64,000 nt of DNA from positions 248,001-312,000 of the forward strand of contig VJWM01000007.1 in NCBI GenBank assembly GCA_010909165.1. Direction: 5' to 3'. The notes beneath the pieces were generated by a model. The model saw nothing but the letters and a program-made list of their open reading frames with translations, searched no databases and was not told the DNA's origin. The position numbers and the translations under genes were made by a program. Below are positions 1 through 13,630 of the stretch, in pieces; the first letter of the stretch is position 1; the number at the start of each line of letters is the position of its first letter. The DNA is from Anthoceros angustus (taxonomy: Eukaryota; Plantae; Anthocerotophyta).

Positions 1-434
1 AAGAGACTTTGAACTTTCATCACTCCTAGTGTACTTTATAATCTTGTATATTACATTTCATTGTGTTGGGTGACGAGGTTACAAAAAACAAAGTTCCAAA
101 AATCAATAATGTTCATATAAATCGCAGCCTACTCGCTGTTTCTCGATGACGGTTTATAGCATTGTTAAATTAAGTACAATTCAAAATAAGAGATGTATAA
201 GCTTATAATATAGCAACTCCTGGTTTTGGACATGTTGATGCGAATGCTACTGAGAGAGGAGCAAGATGCGCTAAATATTCAATACCCCCATAGATAGCAT
301 GGTCCGACCAAAACCACTTGAAAACTTAACTGAACTATAACTAGGCATCGTATTGGTGAATAAATGTATTCCTGAGCTTAATGCACAATAACTATTAAGA
401 GATAGCTTGGGCATTTCTGAGAAAGAGCTAATGG

Positions 435-533
435 CAATGCTATTACTCGAGAGAAAGAGAATAGGGTCAATAGTTCATTCCATTAGCCAATGCTCCTCCT
501 CGAGAGAAAAAGAATCGGGTCAATAGTTCATTC
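435..533. repeat. Imperfect ~53-bp direct tandem duplication
   Basis: caatgct..ctcgagagaaa(g/a)agaat(a/c)gggtcaatagttcattc occurs twice back to back. Confidence 0.8.
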
Positions 534-997
534 ACTAGATTGTATAGCGAATTTGATCTTGGGCTGAGAGATCGAACAAGTGCTCTTCGAACCATGCGAG
601 ATATTCACCTATCATACGGTTCACCAACTCGAATTACCTAAATGAAACCCACCTATGACCATGTGCCGCGCTCTGAGTTCTTAAGCTCAAGGTAACAATG
701 GTGGCATACAGCTAGAAAACGTCTCATTAGATCTTCAACAGGATGTGTGAGCATTAGACAAAATGCATGGCAGCACGTGAATAACAAGAAAATAGAACTT
801 AGCTCTAGAGCCCTTATATATATAATATCTAGTGATACATAATAATTTGAAGGTCCCCGGACGCAAAATACCAACTTAGTGGTAGAATTCTTCTTTTTGT
901 AATACATATTGTGAAATAGGTCGACGGTTTCCGAGACCGAATTGTCGCTATATATGTCTGTATACCCACACCCTACAAATACACAAGCCAGAAAGCT

Positions 998-1006
998 AAA
1001 CCCTAA
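998..1006 (+). promoter_or_regulatory. Telo-box (AAACCCTAA) upstream of ribosomal protein gene
   Basis: Exact AAACCCTAA ~130 bp upstream of the RPS17 ATG; telo-boxes are an established feature of plant ribosomal protein promoters. Confidence 0.7.
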
Positions 1007-1133
1007 ACCTAGCGAGGTATTTGTGCAAGCCCCTTCCTTTGTTTCAGGTCTCTCCTGCCCCCGAAGCCCTTGACGTCGTGCTGCCCCGTCTTCTAGCGCA
1101 AGCGGAGCTGTCGGAGCTGCGAATTCTGTGACC

Positions 1134-1925
1134 ATGGTGAGTGCCCTTGCAGCGTCTTTGTGTGGGCTGGTTTGATGCGGTCGCGGACTGAGGGGTGCGT
1201 CTTGTCCAGGGGCGTGTAAGGACCAAGACGGTGAAGAAGGCCTCCAGGGTCATCATCGAGAGGTACTACTCTCGAATGACTCTGGACTTCCAGACGAACA
1301 AGAAGATTGCAGAGGAGGTCGGGATCATCCCGTCCAAGCGTCTTCGGAATAAGATTGCCGGATTCGCTACGGTAAGTGAGCCTGAGATTGGGTGCCGGAG
1401 GTGCCGCTAGGTTTCTGCATACCTAACCCAATCGTTTCTGTCGTCGCAGCACTTGATGAAGCGAATCCAGAGGGGTCCCGTGCGGGGTATCTCCTTGAAG
1501 CTCCAGGAGGAGGAGCGCGAGCGGCGGATGGACTTCGTTCCTGAGGAGTCAGCCATCAAGACCGACCTCATCGAGGTGAGTGATTGGCAGCCGAATCCCG
1601 GCAAAGGAGCAAAAAGGTTGCGTGCGATGTTGAGGTCGGGGTCATCTTTGAGCTCTGACGTGTTGAGCGTATTGTTGCAAGCAGGTCGACAAGGAAACCA
1701 TCGATCTGCTGGCCCATTTGGGCATGCCGGAACTACCCGGTGTCACCCAGCAGGTGCGGCCCTGAGCCTGGGCTCGTGTTTCCTTTGTCTTTGTACGTGC
1801 TGCTCGCGGTCGCTCATGGCGTGGTGCTGTTGCAGGCTTTACCTGCTGCTGGCCAGGGTTTCTTCAAGCCTCAGGGCGGGCAAGGGTTCCAGGGCGGGAA
1901 CTATCAAGGAAACCGCAGGAACTAG
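1134..1925 (+). CDS. RPS17: 40S ribosomal protein S17 (eS17), 5 coding exons: 1134-1136, 1210-1371, 1450-1575, 1685-1753, 1836-1925
   Basis: M|[37 protein letters not shown]...[13 protein letters not shown]|[34 protein letters not shown]; GT-AG introns. Confidence 0.97.
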
Positions 1926-2545
1926 GTTCACGATTCTGCAGCTACCCAAGCCGAGGCCATGGAAGCCAGACGCGAGGGGCTCGGGGTGACGGGAGTGAGA
2001 TAGGCAATGTTCCCAGCTGGCTCACCTGTCGCCCCGTCGGCCCTGAAGTCAAGTCAAATTTTGGTAGCCCTGTGAAGTTGTTAGAAAGAGGCTTTTCAGA
2101 GGCTTTTCTGGGCTTGGGTTGGCCGTCAAATTTATGGTCTCAATTTTGGCATTGAGTTGTTTGATATTTCCTGGTGCGAATGGGGCTTGTTGCTGTCATC
2201 CCTTGGTCGCATAAAAATCCGGTGAGACTGGGTACTGAGGCATCTGCCTTCCATGAATGAGCGTGCAAAGCCAAGAGGTATCGTGCTTCCGACGTTGCGG
2301 CGACGTTAGACATTGTGACAGAATTAGAGATGGCAGAAACCGAGGGGTTAAGGGGGTTTGGACATTAGCGGACGCTGGCGCATGTGACAGACAGACGGTA
2401 AAGCGGGTGGGGTCGGCCATGGCAAATGGGGGGCGTACTTTTGGTGCAGGCGGGGCCCCACGACGTCTGGCACGGCCCCCGTGTCCACTGCGATTCGCGA
2501 TAGCCCATGGTCAGGCTTCCGGCCCCTCCCCTCCCCTCCGAGCCA

Positions 2546-2670
2546 TGTAACGGAACGGAACGTAACGGAACGGGGCGAAACGGGACTCGGCAGGTGGTGA
2601 CCTCGTGCGCCAGGGCCAGGCAGCGCATGATGGCAAACGCCACAGTTCCGCCGTTCCGCCGTTCCGCCCG
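2546..2670. repeat. Short AACGG arrays facing GTTCCGCC arrays (imperfect fold-back, possible MITE remnant)
   Basis: aacggaacggaacgtaacggaacgg ... gttccgccgttccgccgttccgcc. Confidence 0.4.
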
Positions 2671-2933
2671 GAGGCATGGGCATGGGTATCGGCATTTCCC
2701 TCCCTCCTTTTAGCGTCCATGAGAGGAGCGGATGTGCTTTCATATGTGAAGGCCTTTATGGGACTCAGAAAGCATATCTACTCCATAGGTAACAAGCCGC
2801 TATGGGAGAGATACACAAATGCTGTTGGATGCAGAAGAAGGGAAAGGCAAAGGGAAGGCATGTTATGTGTATCCATGTGTGCTATGTCGATGCACGACAG
2901 TGCGTGTGTGAGAGCACCGCTCCCCATCCCCAT

Positions 2934-2977
2934 CCTCGGCCTCGGCCTCGGCCTCTGCCTCTGCCTCTGCCTCTGCC
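2934..2977. repeat. Compound hexanucleotide microsatellite (CCTCGG)n(CCTCTG)n in GC-rich promoter/5' region
   Basis: Directly visible. Confidence 0.85.
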
Positions 2978-4586
2978 ATCCTTCCTTCCTCTTCTGACTC
3001 CTCCTCCCTTCTCCTCTCCTCTGTGCTCCTTCCTCTTGCTGCTCCCCCCTCTCCTCGCTGCTGTGTCGTGCAGCAGCGTGCTCTCTTGCGCTCTCGACCT
3101 GCCCGCCCCGCCCGCCTCCGCTGCGCCTTTGCGTGCCGGCCCGGCCGCACCGCCTGCGCACGCCTCTTGCTCCTCCGCCGCGTGCGCATCCGGCGCCCGG
3201 CAGCCTCTGCACAGGCAGATCAATTGCAGCGCAATTGCGGCCCCTCCTGAATTCCCAGATGCAAGGTATCCAGATCTGAGGCCCCGGCTGCGCTCCCGCT
3301 GCCGCCGGCCCCTGCCCTGCCCGCCCCGCCCCGCCCCGCTCCCCTGCCGCAATTCAATTCCCCCCGCCTCCGCTGCCGAGGTCCCCGCAATTCTGTGCTG
3401 ATTTGCTGCTGGCGTGCCCGGATTCTCACCGCCTCTTGCCACTCCGCTGCTGCCCTTGCCTGCGCTCGCGAATCGGCTCCCCTTCTCCGCTGCGCTGCGT
3501 GCCGTGCTGTGGTGCCCCAGGTTTGCGCCCCGCTCCGCTCCCATCTGCTGTCCTTTGCTCTGCCTCCTGATTCCTGCTGCTTGTTTCATGCTTCCGTTGC
3601 AAATTGCTGGCCCGGGCTGCGGATCCCGTGCTCGGCCGCATGCTGTGGGATATGGATGAATGCAGAGGCACAATTTCCTTCCCGTGCACTTTGCGCTCGC
3701 TTGCTGCCCCCCGCCTGCCACCTCAGATTCACCGTCCCCGCTCCTTCAATTGCCTGCGCAGCTTGTCGGATGGGGAAACTGCCGCAGGATAGACTAATTC
3801 CACCTCTGCCTCCTTGCTCCCGGGGACCCCTTGCCTCGCCTGCTGTTGCCGCAAATTCACCACCCCCGGCACCGGCACCAGCACCGGCACCGCGAATCTT
3901 CCCAAGTACGGATTTGGCCATCGCTGCTAGGTGTGTGCGGCATCGCAATTTGCGAGGAGCACGCTGCTTTAACTCTTTCCTCACCGAATGCTGCCGATGG
4001 CGCTTATGCTCCTCATCTTCTTGCTTAGGATCTGGGAACCAATCTCACCTGCTGCAGCCTAGGGTGGCTACCGGTGCTGTCTTTTCTTGCTTCTCTTGGC
4101 TTACACAGTCGCAAGTGTTGCAGGCGCCAGCGGGAGGAAGTTTAGCTGTAGGGAGGGTGCAGGATCAAGAGTGTTGTACCAATTCAGCCACTGATTCCCG
4201 CCGTCACCCCGGCCTATGGCAATCCAAGCATTCTTCTTCCCTAGCTCTTCCCAGCCACTGCGTAACCAGTTAGGCTCGCACATGCCTTTGGATGTAGTGA
4301 GCTTGTGACTGGTTGTAGGTGCATTGCGATTCCTGTTGCTCTCACCTCAAGTACCTTTCTAGCTGTATCTTGAGTGTGATGTGAACAGCCTTTTCCCCCT
4401 CTCCTTGGAGAATGAGTCTCGATCACGTCCCATCTGTCAGGCCACTCGCACTGAGTATCAAGGACTGCGTGCACCTCAATTCTCTTCTTTGCTGCCGTAC
4501 TTACCTAACACTGTGCAATGTTGGTTGCTTGATTGCAGTTGTCTGACACTTTCAGCTTCCCAGGTGCTGTATGGTGCAGCAACTCC

Positions 4587-6732
4587 ATGGACACTGCAGC
4601 AAGTGGGCCGCTTTGGCAGGCAGCGTCCATTCCCTGGGATCACAGCATCACGGAAAAGCCTAGTGCTGTTGTAATGCAGCCTCCTCAGCGTCAACCACGC
4701 CTCTTGTTTGCAAGTTCAAGCCACAATGGCGAATTCCCCTTGGCTGCCAATCCACAGATAGTGCTACACGTCCTCAGCGAATGTCATCTTGACCCACAGG
4801 ATCTTGGTCGACTCGAGGCAAGTGCTATATGATTTGATACAGCTGCAATGGTTGTTGTCAGATAGATGCCTCGCTGCATAATGATTGACTTTATTGTCCC
4901 TAAGTTTAGAGCGTTACTAGGTCACTTTGTCACCTCATGCTTTGGCCTTGTCATGTCTGCTTTCTCATAAGTCACTCGTGATGCTTGTGTGGTGCAGGCT
5001 ACATGCCAATTCTTCAGGCAACCTGCGAATTTTCTGCCAGATGTCACACTTTCATTGTCTGAGCTTGCTGCACTGGACATGTGCAAGAGGAGAGCGATTT
5101 TCAAGCCTATGACTTCTGAAGACAGGGAAGCTATGAAACAGCAATGTGGCGGCTCATGGAAGTTGGTTCTCAGATTCTTGAAAGCGGGGGAACAGTGCTA
5201 CAGGCGGGAACAGTTCCAAGCCATAGCAGGTCCTGGGCACAGCATTGTCGTGTCAAAATCTGGCTCAGTATACACGTTTGGTAGCAGTAACGCTGGACAA
5301 CTGGGTCATGGAACTGTCGAGGATGAATGGCGCCCTCGATTGGTCAGGTATGTTTCACCAGCTTGCAATGTGGTATAGGATTCAACAAGTGCAGTACCCT
5401 TTCTCACTAGTAACATGGGATCTTGAACCACATTTTTCAGGTCACTTTCAGGCATTCGCATCATCCAGGCTACAGCAGGTGTAGATCGGTCAATGCTAGT
5501 GAGTGACGCAGGCCGTGTTTATGCATTTGGTAAAGACTCCTTTGGGGATCCCGAGTATGGAGGACCAGGTTCCAAGAATGTCAGCACCCCGCAGTTGGTG
5601 GAGTCCTTGAACGGCATCTTTGTGGTCCAAGCAGCAATAGGAAACTTCTTCACAGCTGTGTTATCAAGAGAGGGGAAGGTGTACACATTTTCTTGGGGTT
5701 CAGATGCTAGAGCTGGTCATTCCACTCAACCTGAAGATCAGAAGCCCCAGTTGCTGAAAGGTGCTCTAGAAGATGTGCCTGTGGTGCAGATCTCTGCAGG
5801 CTATTGCTATCTGTTAGCTCTCACATGTCAGCGCAACATCATGTAAGCCTCATAAAAATCTTGAAGCACAGGGAAGATTGCTTGCATTCTCAGAATGTGG
5901 GAAGCAAGACCCTAACGTGTTACCTGTTTTTGGATGCAGGCAAGTGTATTCTGTAGGTTGTGGACTGGGGGGAAAGCTGGGGCATGGAACTAAAACAGAC
6001 GAGAAGTACCCACGTCTAATCGAGCACTTCCAAAACATACAGCTGCAGCCTGTCGGGATTGCTGCAGGGGCGTGGCATGCTGCTGTGGTGGGTCTGGACG
6101 GGCGTGTTTGCACATGGGGGTGGGGTCGATTTGGTTGCCTGGGTCATGGCAATGAGGAGAGCGAGCCCTTGCCCAAGGTTATTGAGAGCCTTGAAGGTGT
6201 GAAAGCTGTCCACGTGGCTACGGGTGATTACACCACATTTGTTGTGGCTGACGATGGGGAGGTATTTTCTTTTGGATGTGGTGATTCCTCGAGTCTTGGA
6301 CATTCTTCCAGTCTTCGCCAGGTGCCAGCCTGTAATGAGGGCCAGGTGAGTTCCGAAATGTCACCTGATAGCCCTCGTATATATGTATCTCCGATGCAGA
6401 TGCCACCAGCCCCCCGAGCTTGTCACGTGCTTGTTTTGCAGGCAGCATCCTTGCTAATGTGGTGTGCAATGTTTGCCCTTGTGCAGCCTGCTGGGCAACA
6501 TGCGCATGTTCATCGTCCAGAAGCGGTGACAGCTCTAAGGCGGCCAGGTGACCGAGTTGTGCAGATTAGCCTGACAAACGCCGGAACGCTGAATGCCCAT
6601 ACGTTTGCACTGACGGAGTTAGGGAAGCTGTATGCCTTCGGGGCTGGGGCCAAAGGGCAGCTTGGCACAGAGCTGCTTGACAACAGCAGCGAGCGGAGCT
6701 CACCGGAGCTTGTGGAGGTGGAGTTGGTATGA
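4587..6732 (+). CDS. RCC1-repeat (UVR8-like) family protein resembling Arabidopsis At3g26100; multi-exon, first internal intron GC-AG (4818-4997)
   Basis: GEFPLAANPQIVLHVLSECHLDPQDLGRLE|ATCQFFRQPANF..., repeated GQLGHG/GKLGHG/GCLGHG RCC1 blades, AAGAWHAAVVG, stop TGA 6732. A possible upstream in-frame micro-exon at 3259-3265. Confidence 0.92.
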
Positions 6733-7085
6733 CAAAAGCAAGCCTCCAAGCGTCCCGATTTGTGTACATACGGTGGCTAACATGTCACATTGGTTAGGCA
6801 GGCCTAAAAGATTGCTCAACACTGAAGCGCCGGGCTGTTGCGGACGTTCTAGCTGTAGGTAGTATAAGGGGTTCCAATTACCGTAACAGGTGTGTATGTA
6901 CAGAGGCGCATTGGCCGCGGCCGCACTCCCATCACACAGTGGAGGAAGATGTCCATCGACTGGCATGTAGAGGAAGAGAGAGGTCAGACAAGACAAGGCC
7001 GGCTTTCAGTCTTAAGTTAAAACGTTGTCACTAATCAGCAAGGAAGAAGAGGAGGCAACAGCCCGACCCGGCACTGGCAGGCTCC

Positions 7086-7135
7086 CGAGTCCGAGTCGGA
7101 GTCGGAGTCCGAGTCCGAGTCCGACTCTCGAGTCC
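7086..7135. repeat. CCGAGT/CGGAGT hexamer array with partial inverted symmetry
   Basis: ccgagtccgagtcggagtcggagtccgagtccgagtccgactctcgagtcc. Confidence 0.7.
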
Positions 7136-7412
7136 GCTTCTTCTTGGTGTTAAGTTGTCGGGACATTTGAATTCGAAAAGGTAAAAGTTTTGGCGGCGCA
7201 ACGCTCCAGCGTCCGATAGGAAAGCGTTATCGGCCGGCGAGGGAGAGCCTACTGCCGTCCCTTTTGGTAGTTAGTAAACTCGGCGTCCGAGTGCGACGCG
7301 ACCTGGAGCGTTGCAAACTCATTACCGGGCGTTCCGGTCTCAGTGGCGTCGACTTGACTGGACACTAGAGTTGGTCAGAGGGTGCGAGGGATCTCCACTG
7401 CAGGGGAAGGCA

Positions 7413-9084
7413 ATGAAGGCCAGTGCTGTCTACTCGCTCATCTCGCTCGCCTTCTTGGCGCTTCTCTTCTTCTCCAAAGACCCCGAGGTGGGACGGTCGC
7501 ACCGCCGCCATGGCCCGGGCCGCCGCCTGGTGGTGCGCACCAAGCTGCTTCCTCCCGGCCGCCACCGAGCTGCAGCCTTCGATCCCATCGTGGCCGAGTA
7601 CGAGCAGCGGCGGGAGGAGCGCTACTGGGAGCAGCACCAGCCCAAGCACGCCATGCCCATGGAGTCGCAGCCGGATCCCTTCGACTCTAACGACCCGGAC
7701 TACTTCGAGGACGAGGACTATCTGAACGACGAGTACCACTTCAATCTCACGCAGCGCCTGCACTCCTTGTTCCCGCTCATCGACACCGATCACGACCACA
7801 CCATCAGCTTGCGGGAGTTGGAGGATTGGCATGTGCAGCAGGGGCTCAAGGCCGCCCGCCATCGCTCCGATCGGGATTTCAAGGCGCACGATGCGGACCA
7901 CGACGGCCGGGTCACCTTCGCCGAGTACCTGCCGGAAGTCACGCAGGAGCAGATCTGTACGGCAGTCTTCTCCGATGCCTTGCCTGCCGTCACGTTCCGT
8001 TCCTGCTGTGCGCTTAGGGCAACGCGCGTTGGTTGCCCCGGGACCCGCTAACACCATTCAGGTCTTGGATGCCAGCGAATAACAGCATGGAGCATGGTAG
8101 CGCAAGATGGTGGAAAGAACAGTTTGATCTTGCAGATGAGGACGGAGATGGAGCACTCAATTCGGCGGAGTATAACAGGTGTGGTGCCGCGTCATCTTGT
8201 TTCCGGTTGCGCAGTGACCGCCCCTGTGTCCTGCCCTGACTCCTCGTTATTGGACTCCGCAGCTTCCTTAACCCCGAAGACAGCAACAACCCTAAGCTAC
8301 GTGTCTGGCTTCGAAAGCAGGAGATTTTGTAAGTTCCCTTGCCCTAACGTACGTCATTTTCGCTGGCTGTTCCAGAAGCAAGCTTGAAGGATGTGTCACG
8401 TCGAGAAAAGAATTGTGTACGGTTTGCAGTATGTACGAGCTCAAGGTGGTTCTTGGTTGTGCTTTTCTGAGTGGTACAGAGACCATGATACGGACAAGGA
8501 TGGCAAGCTAAGTTGGGTGGAGTTTGACAAGAATATGTATGCAACGTTGAGGGATCATGGGAGGGACGAAACTATCGGCTTGACCCATAGAGACCGCACT
8601 CCGGAAGAACGACGACTTCTGGCTTCACGGTCGAAATTCGAAGCCTTGGATGCAAATGGTGATAAGTAAGACCTCCTGTCCTCCCAGCAGCTTTCTTTGT
8701 TCTATCACAGTGTTCGTATTTCCGTCAGGAGGTTTTGTGCTGACAGTTTGCAACTCCCAGCTTTCTTACGGAAGATGAGTTGGAGCCCGTCCTGGATCAG
8801 CTGCACCCAGGGGAATCATTTTACGCTAAGCAGCAGGCAGAGCAGTTGATGCAACAGGTGCGCCATGTCCTGGAATCATGAGAAGCCAGTGCTGGAAACT
8901 GCCTGCAGAGGCTAGTATGTAGAGGTGTTACCATACTCTGATTACCGCTCTTTTCGTTTGTCAGGCTGATGAAAATAGAGATGGCTTTTTGACGGTGGCG
9001 GAGATGGAACGTCATCCATATGCATTCTATAGCACTGTTGTTGATGATGGAGATTATGACTACGCCCACCATGAGCTTCGCTAG
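7413..9084 (+). CDS. Secretory-pathway multi-EF-hand calcium-binding protein (calumenin/reticulocalbin-like), 6 exons
   Basis: Hydrophobic N-terminus MKASAVYSLISLAFLALLFF; EF loops DTDHDHTISLRE, DADHDGRVTFAE, DEDGDGALNSAE, DTDKDGKLSWVE, DENRDGFLTVAE; ends YAHHELR*. Confidence 0.9.
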
Positions 9085-9733
9085 TATTCACCACCAGGTG
9101 ACCCTGAAAGGCTCTCACTCTTTTAGTTGCTAGGAGGAGAACGTCAGTCAGACTGATAATTGACTACTCTGTGCTGACGCTCATCTGCTGCTATTGCAGG
9201 CGAGCAGATTTGTGCCACTGAATGATATGGTGACATAGAATGCGCGAGACCCCAGCAACTTGTGCGTTCAATTTTATCCGCCAAGAATGCAGTTGCGTTA
9301 TGCAGCAGAGAGGTATGTCCCTCGTAATCAGCACAAAAGCATCTGCAATGGGGCTAGCTGTCTTGCAGTTTACCTGATGTTTAATTTGGGGCAGAGCGTG
9401 GACTCTGGTGTTCTCCATACCGGAAAGGGAAAGCACAGCTTTAGATACGTGAAAGCTAACAAAGGGGGTTGACATGGTGGCCGCCAGGGGTGACCTCTCA
9501 ATGTACATGTACTTCCTCGTTCTGAGGATTTTTCCATTGCATTCATGGACGGGTGTAGACGGCATCCGATCCAAAAAGATCATAATGCCTTTTGCAGTCA
9601 ACCAGAACTGCAGAATCGCAGTTAGTTTAGCTAGCGTGCTAGTTAGTTTTCATATATCGATGGCAACAACCCATGCACTTTCTTTAAAATACGCTGGTGA
9701 GCCTACACATTCATGTCAAACATCCCGAATTTT

Positions 9734-10805
9734 TCACACAAATTTGACATACACACGCCCCGAGTTGGAGATCCTAGCAGGGAAGACCTGGCAAGCGAAG
9801 AAATGGTTAGACTAGAGGGACGGGTGGTGGGACAAGAAGCAATAACGAACGCGTAGCACACCTTTGCGTTCTGCTTGGGAGCCTTCTCCTTGAGGGTGCC
9901 TACCACCCACTGCAAAATGCCGTCCTTGGGGCAGTAATCCAAAACCTCCCCGTCCGCCAATCCAAAGTTTGTGTGGCACAAAGGACACTCAAGTCCTACG
10001 GCTCCATTTTCTGACTCACTTACCTGCACACACTCACGGCGGCGTGATGAGCACAGGCTAGACTTTCCTCACAGTGACGATGCTGCTGGAGCCTGAACCT
10101 GAAATCAAGCCTGTTTCTAGGCTACTGTCTTCACCTTGCCTTCAATCATCGGGAATTTGCAGGACGTGCAGTTGGCTTCGATACAGAAAAGAGCAGTGTC
10201 CCTCTTCACCAGCACGTATCTGGCATCCGATTCCCCATGGGCGTGTAACGTATCGGCCAAGAAGCTGCTTACACACTCGACGAATGCAGTGAAACAAAGG
10301 GGGCATTAATACCCTTGATTGTTGTGAATAATTGCCTTGTTCTTCTTCTCTTCTGTGAACTCTTCCGACGTGGATACCTGCACCAAGCAACACCCTCGCT
10401 GAGCTGGGCTAAGCTGGGCTGTATGCAGGCAGGTAGCAGCGCATGGACGGGCATCGGGCCCGGTACCTGCGCCCAGCCCTCGGTCGAATCCTCTCGACCC
10501 TTAATACGAGACTGCAGACCTGCTGCCGCTGCTTTCCTAGCATCCAGACCCCGGCCTTTCTTGGGAGGTCCTTGAGCGCACACCGTTGCTCGAGGTCGTT
10601 CCACGGGCAACGGCCAACACGTTTGCGTTGGCCCTAGCGGCACACCGCTGCACCAGTCACTGGACCAGCAGCCGAGCTGCCAGGACGACCATGTTAAGAA
10701 GGCACCTCTGATGCAATCTGTGCACAACAATGCAGTTCACGACGGAGCTTGGATGAGCACCTGTGAAGCGGAGAAACAGCCCTGGCTCGTCGCAACAGAG
10801 GCCAT
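9734..10805 (-). CDS. Putative plastid-targeted Rieske-fold protein with CxxC...CxxC in place of CxH...CxxH; 6 exons
   Basis: Spliced by eye: MASVATSQGCFSASQ|LGCWSS...RATVCAQG...EGWAQ|VSTSEEFTEEKKNKAIIHNNQG|YVLVKRDTALFCIEANCTSCKFPMIEGK|VSESENGAVGLECPLCHTNFGLADGEVLDYCPKDGILQWVVGTLKEKAPKQNAK|VFPARISNSGRVYVKFV*; all GT-AG junctions phase-compatible. Confidence 0.8.
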
Positions 10806-11048
10806 GACCGTCAACGCGCACGGCTGGGCACGGCAAACAGAGCCTCAAGGATAGCGGCACATCGAGGACAGTAAGGTGGGGCCGCCGCCATACTGGATAG
10901 GAATCCAGCGGCCAGTCGCCCAACAAAGTGGAATAACACCTGCACTTTCTAACTCTCGTCTTTCTTCTAATGTTGTGTGTGAATTTCTATAGTCTTCCGC
11001 AGAGGAGGGAGAAATGCCACCCTCCGGCCATAAGGATGCCATTCCAAC

Positions 11049-12558
<1,510 letters not shown>

Positions 12559-12903
12559 GTCTTCTATCCCGCGACACTGAGCAGCAGAGTTGGCGTTGCC
12601 TCTGATCACATCGGAATCATTGCACGCCGGGGCGCCAACTGCGGTCCCTAAACGTCGTGTTCTGATTCCAGACAGACAATTCCCCGGTGTAGCGATGGTT
12701 ACTGAAAAAGGAAATCAAAACTCCAAAACAGAAAGTCCAGGTGCTTCCAGCTTTCGCCTGAGCCGCGAACGCGCTGTTTTATGCTGGTCCTGCCACCCAA
12801 CACCGTTGCCATTCATGTCATCCACAATTTATATTAACGCTTTTGCGTTCCTTAGTACCAACAGACAGTTACCTCTAGAGCCGCTCCCACATGTTCCGAA
12901 TTA

Positions 12904-13445
12904 CAGTCGGCCCCCCCTAATTGGGAACTCTATATAAATGGGATTCCTCTCTAAATGGGACCTCCCATCCAACTCCTTTTAGTTTACAATGTAATAAATG
13001 GGACTTTTCCCTAAATGATAATTGGGACCTTTTGAAACATACATTCATGTTAGTTTCATCTCCCTAAATAGGATTTTTAATTTTTTTACTAAAAAAAATT
13101 AAAAAAAGAAAGAAAAAAGAATCGATTATTTCAGAGAACAATAGATGTTTAGGTGTGATTGAAGACTCTTAAGCTAAGCTTTTTCCTTTATGATAGGTAG
13201 AGGTTTTTTGATGTTGCTTTGAGAGAGCGCTAGCTTTCAAACAACTATATAAAGAAGTGGTAAAAGTTATTTTTAGTGAAACCTATCAATCAAAATTTAA
13301 AATTTTCTTTTTTTGGGTATTTTTTGATTTTTTGAGTTTATAATATTTTTATTATTTTTAAATAGGGAAAATATAATCGGGACACCTCCCTTAATGGGAC
13401 CTCTAAAGGCACTCCGAACCAGTCCCAATTAGGGGGGGTGGACTG
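12904..13445. mobile_element. Non-autonomous Tc1/mariner (pogo-like) MITE
   Basis: TA|CAGTCGGCCCCCCCTAATTGGGA ... TCCCAATTAGGGGGGGTGGACTG|TA: ~23-bp TIRs, TA TSD, AT-rich core. Confidence 0.88.
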
Positions 13446-13630
13446 TAGTTAGGGAGGTTAGACTGTGCGTACCCAAGTACATACCTTGTTATCAGCAGCA
13501 ACACCACCCTTATAGCACCGCAACACACTTAGGGAACCAGGTGCTTGAACTGCTTTTCACAATCCGCAGTTCGCATCACTCCGCCGTGACGCGTTTAGAA
13601 CGGACAAAGAATTTCTTTGAAGTGTAATAT

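Noticed and set aside
653-1135. 160-aa minus-strand ORF
   Set aside because: Overlaps the RPS17 promoter/5' UTR and has no protein-like motifs
3266-3273. U12-type intron donor
   Set aside because: GTATCCAG deviates from the GTATCCTT consensus and no U12 branch point was seen
2257-4273. Many long overlapping ORFs (up to 292 aa)
   Set aside because: By-product of GC-rich low-complexity promoter/intron DNA; no recognisable domains
7365-8057. 230-aa antisense ORF
   Set aside because: Shadow of the high-GC3 first exon of the EF-hand gene
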